Shown piece by piece: positions 62,098 through 64,000 of a DNA stretch of 64,000 nucleotides. How positions within the stretch are numbered: position 1 is the first letter of the stretch; each line of letters starts with the position of its first letter. This DNA comes from Bryobacterales bacterium (lineage in GTDB: Bacteria; Acidobacteriota; Terriglobia; Bryobacterales; Bryobacteraceae): NCBI GenBank assembly GCA_963813145.1, contig CAWEXX010000003.1, positions 712,026 through 776,025 on the forward strand, in the 5' to 3' direction. The position numbers were made by a program, and so were the translations under genes. The notes beneath the pieces are model-generated. The model was not told the DNA's origin. It was given only the letters and a program-made list of their open reading frames with translations, and ran no database searches.

Positions 62098-64000
62098 ATG
62101 CGCATCGCAGCCATTCTTTCCCTCTTCATAGCCGGTTCTTTGCCTGCCTTCAGCCAGGCTGGAAAGGCCGAGTTGTTCGGAACCATTCAAGACCCCTCGG
62201 GCCTGGGCGTCTCCAAAGTCAAGGTGACTGCCGAGGCGCAGGCGACCTCGGCTCTGTTCGAGGCCACCTCCGACGGGAATGGCCAGTATCACCTGCTGGG
62301 ATTGCCCGCGGGCAAATATACGCTGGCCGTCGAGAAACCCGGCTTCCAGCTGTATCAACAGTCCGGCGTGATCCTCCACATTGGCGATCAGACGGAGTTG
62401 AACGTGAGGCTGGAACTCGGACAGGTGTCGCAGTCGGTGAAGGTGGAGGCATCGGCCTCGCTTCTCGAAGCGGCCAACAGCTCGGTGGGGTATCACGTCA
62501 ACCAGCCTGAAATCGACCTGTTGCCGCTCGATGGCCGCAACTTCATTCCACTGGTCGCGCTCTCTCCGGGCGTGGCGCTGCCCGGCGGAGGATCTCTGCT
62601 GCCGCGAATTAATGGAAGCAGGCCCCGCACCAACGAATATCTCTACGACGGCATCAGCGTGCTGCAGCCAGAGCCGGGACAGGTGGCCTTTTATCCCATC
62701 ATCGACGCCATGGAGGAGTTCAAGCTGAACGTCAACGCTTACTCGCCGGAGTACGGCCGGTCCAATGGCGGAACTGTAATGGTGATTGGAAAATCGGGCG
62801 GCAATGAACTCCACGGGACGCTGTTCGAGTTTTTTCGCAACGAGGCGCTGAACGCGAGGAACTACTTTGCTCCGGCCGGTCCCAAGCCTGAATTTCGCAG
62901 GAATCAGTACGGCTTCACCCTGGGCGGACCCATTTGGAAGAACAAAACTTTCTTCTTCGTGGACTGGCAGGGCACGCGCCTGCGCACGGGAATCACGCGC
63001 CAAAGCGTGGTGCCGACCCTCGCCCAGCGCAGCGGCGTCTTCACCACCGCCATTTACGATCCCGGCACGTCTCCGCGCGCGCCCTTTGCGAATAACACCA
63101 TCCCGACGAACCGGATCGACCCGATTGCGCTACAGATCCTGCAGCATTACCCGTTGCCAAACGCATCCGGCGCGAACAATTACATTCGCACCGCCACGGA
63201 GCCCGACAGTCAGGATCAGTTCGATGCGCGAATCGACCACCGGTTTAACGACCGGCACCGGATCTTTGCGCGCTACTCCTACTTACGCGATGACGACAAC
63301 CCGGTGACATTTCTCCCCGACGGCAGCGGCAGCCTTACCAACGGCGTCATCGGGCACGCCATCACGCGCGGCGACGGCGTCGCATCGGAATACGACTGGA
63401 CGCTTTCGCCCACCATGTTGAACCAGGCGCGGTTCGGCTACACGCGCCGCGGCATCGACCAGGCTTCGCTTCAGAACGGCGGCATCACAGTTCCGGGCGC
63501 TCCGGTCAGCACGTTCCCGTCGACGCTGCCTATCTTCACAGTCACCGGCTATCAGCAGGTCGGCCCGACGACCGCGGCCAACGAGAATTTCAATACTTCC
63601 GTGACCGAGTATCTCGACACTTTCTCGGTCGTGCGCGGGCGGCACACGATCAAGGTTGGAACGGATATCCGGCGCGAGGCGCTCGATATCGTCAATCCGG
63701 CGAATCCCACGGGATCGTACGCGTTCACGACGACCGGAACGAACTCCGCGTCGGCCGCGGGCGGCAACGCGCTGGCCTCGCTACTGCTGGGCCAAGTGAA
63801 CGCGTTCAGCATCGACATTCAGAATCAATCGATCCAGGAGCGCGCGCATATCGCCGAGTTTTTCGCCAGTGACGACTGGCGTATTTCGAACCGCCTGACG
63901 CTGAACCTGGGCACGCGCTACACCTTGAACTTCCCCTCCACGGAGGTCAACAATCACCTGGCGGTTTTCAATCTCAATACGCAGGTGCTCGATTTTCCGC
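62098..64000 (+). CDS. TonB-dependent receptor with CarboxypepD_reg-like N-terminus (3' end beyond window)
   Basis: Manual translation from ATG 62098 gives MRIAAILSLFIAGSLPAFSQAGKAELFGTIQDPSGLGVSKVKVTAEAQ...GQYHLLGLPAGKYTLAVEKPGFQ. The frame was translated manually at its 5' end (62098-~62350) and 3' end (63841-64000) with no stop in those stretches; the ~1.5-kb middle was read only loosely and not codon-checked. Not in the ORF track. Paralog of 34894..37773. Confidence 0.8.
   Translation, partial: MRIAAILSLFIAGSLPAFSQAGKAELFGTIQDPSGLGVSKVKVTAEAQATSALFEATSDGNGQYHLLGLPAGKYTLAVEKPGFQLYQQSGVILHIGDQTELNVRLELGQVSQSVKVEASASLLEAANSSVGYHVNQPEIDLLPLDGRNFIPLVALSPGVALPGGGSLLPRINGSRPRTNEYLYDGISVLQPEPGQVAFYPIIDAMEEFKLNVNAYSPEYGRSNGGTVMVIGKSGGNELHGTLFEFFRNEALNARNYFAPAGPKPEFRRNQYGFTLGGPIWKNKTFFFVDWQGTRLRTGITRQSVVPTLAQRSGVFTTAIYDPGTSPRAPFANNTIPTNRIDPIALQILQHYPLPNASGANNYIRTATEPDSQDQFDARIDHRFNDRHRIFARYSYLRDDDNPVTFLPDGSGSLTNGVIGHAITRGDGVASEYDWTLSPTMLNQARFGYTRRGIDQASLQNGGITVPGAPVSTFPSTLPIFTVTGYQQVGPTTAANENFNTSVTEYLDTFSVVRGRHTIKVGTDIRREALDIVNPANPTGSYAFTTTGTNSASAAGGNALASLLLGQVNAFSIDIQNQSIQERAHIAEFFASDDWRISNRLTLNLGTRYTLNFPSTEVNNHLAVFNLNTQVLDFP

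Noticed and set aside
62074-63003. 309-aa ORF on the minus strand, plus 61722..62510(+)
   Set aside because: Both overlap the plus-strand frame starting at ATG 62098. That frame encodes a clear CarboxypepD_reg/TonB-receptor N-terminus; I translated its two ends (62098-~62350 and 63841-64000) and saw no stop there, and its absence from the ORF track is consistent with no stop before the window end. It was simply missing from the ORF track.

Overview
High-GC chromosomal segment that looks acidobacterial (Solibacter/Bryobacter-like). This is inferred from two tandem ADOP-type MacB-like orphan permeases, a TIGR03435-like protein, CarboxypepD_reg-type TonB receptors and an exosortase/EpsI pair. 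I call about 60 protein genes, most of them housekeeping or metabolic. These include an ECF42-type sigma factor with two DGPF/YCII genes, a XylD-like dehydratase, imuA-imuB, a DEAD-box helicase, a split methylmalonyl-CoA mutase locus with a PduO-type adenosyltransferase, pgsA, hfq-hflX, rbfA-apbE-hemE-hemY and a hybrid histidine kinase. Other elements are one tRNA-Ser(GGA), a HigB/HigA-type toxin-antitoxin pair, an intact IS481-like insertion sequence with a target-site duplication, and a hemE gene broken by a single-nucleotide frameshift. I saw no rRNA, CRISPR array, cas gene or recognised defence system. Two genes are missing from the ORF track because they run off the window: a YCII gene at 1-182(-) and a TonB receptor at 62098->64000(+). 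The intergenic space is crowded with at least four families of palindromic REP/MITE-like elements. One of them has visibly rewritten the 3' end of a gene. No single locus is a clear new system. The best candidates for undescribed biology are: (i) a low-GC islet with an NYN nuclease-fold gene and a DUF3223 gene beside a GYF-FHA-PrsW membrane protease; (ii) a translationally coupled operon of MCM B12-binding subunit, NYN/LOTUS protein and RidA; (iii) an ATGA-coupled ATP-grasp/cupin/transglutaminase-TPR operon followed by a 1.1-kb ORF-poor, GC-poor region; (iv) a PilZ gene, a perfect sigma-54 promoter and an exosortase/EpsI module. All functional calls rest on motif recognition by eye, not on database searches.
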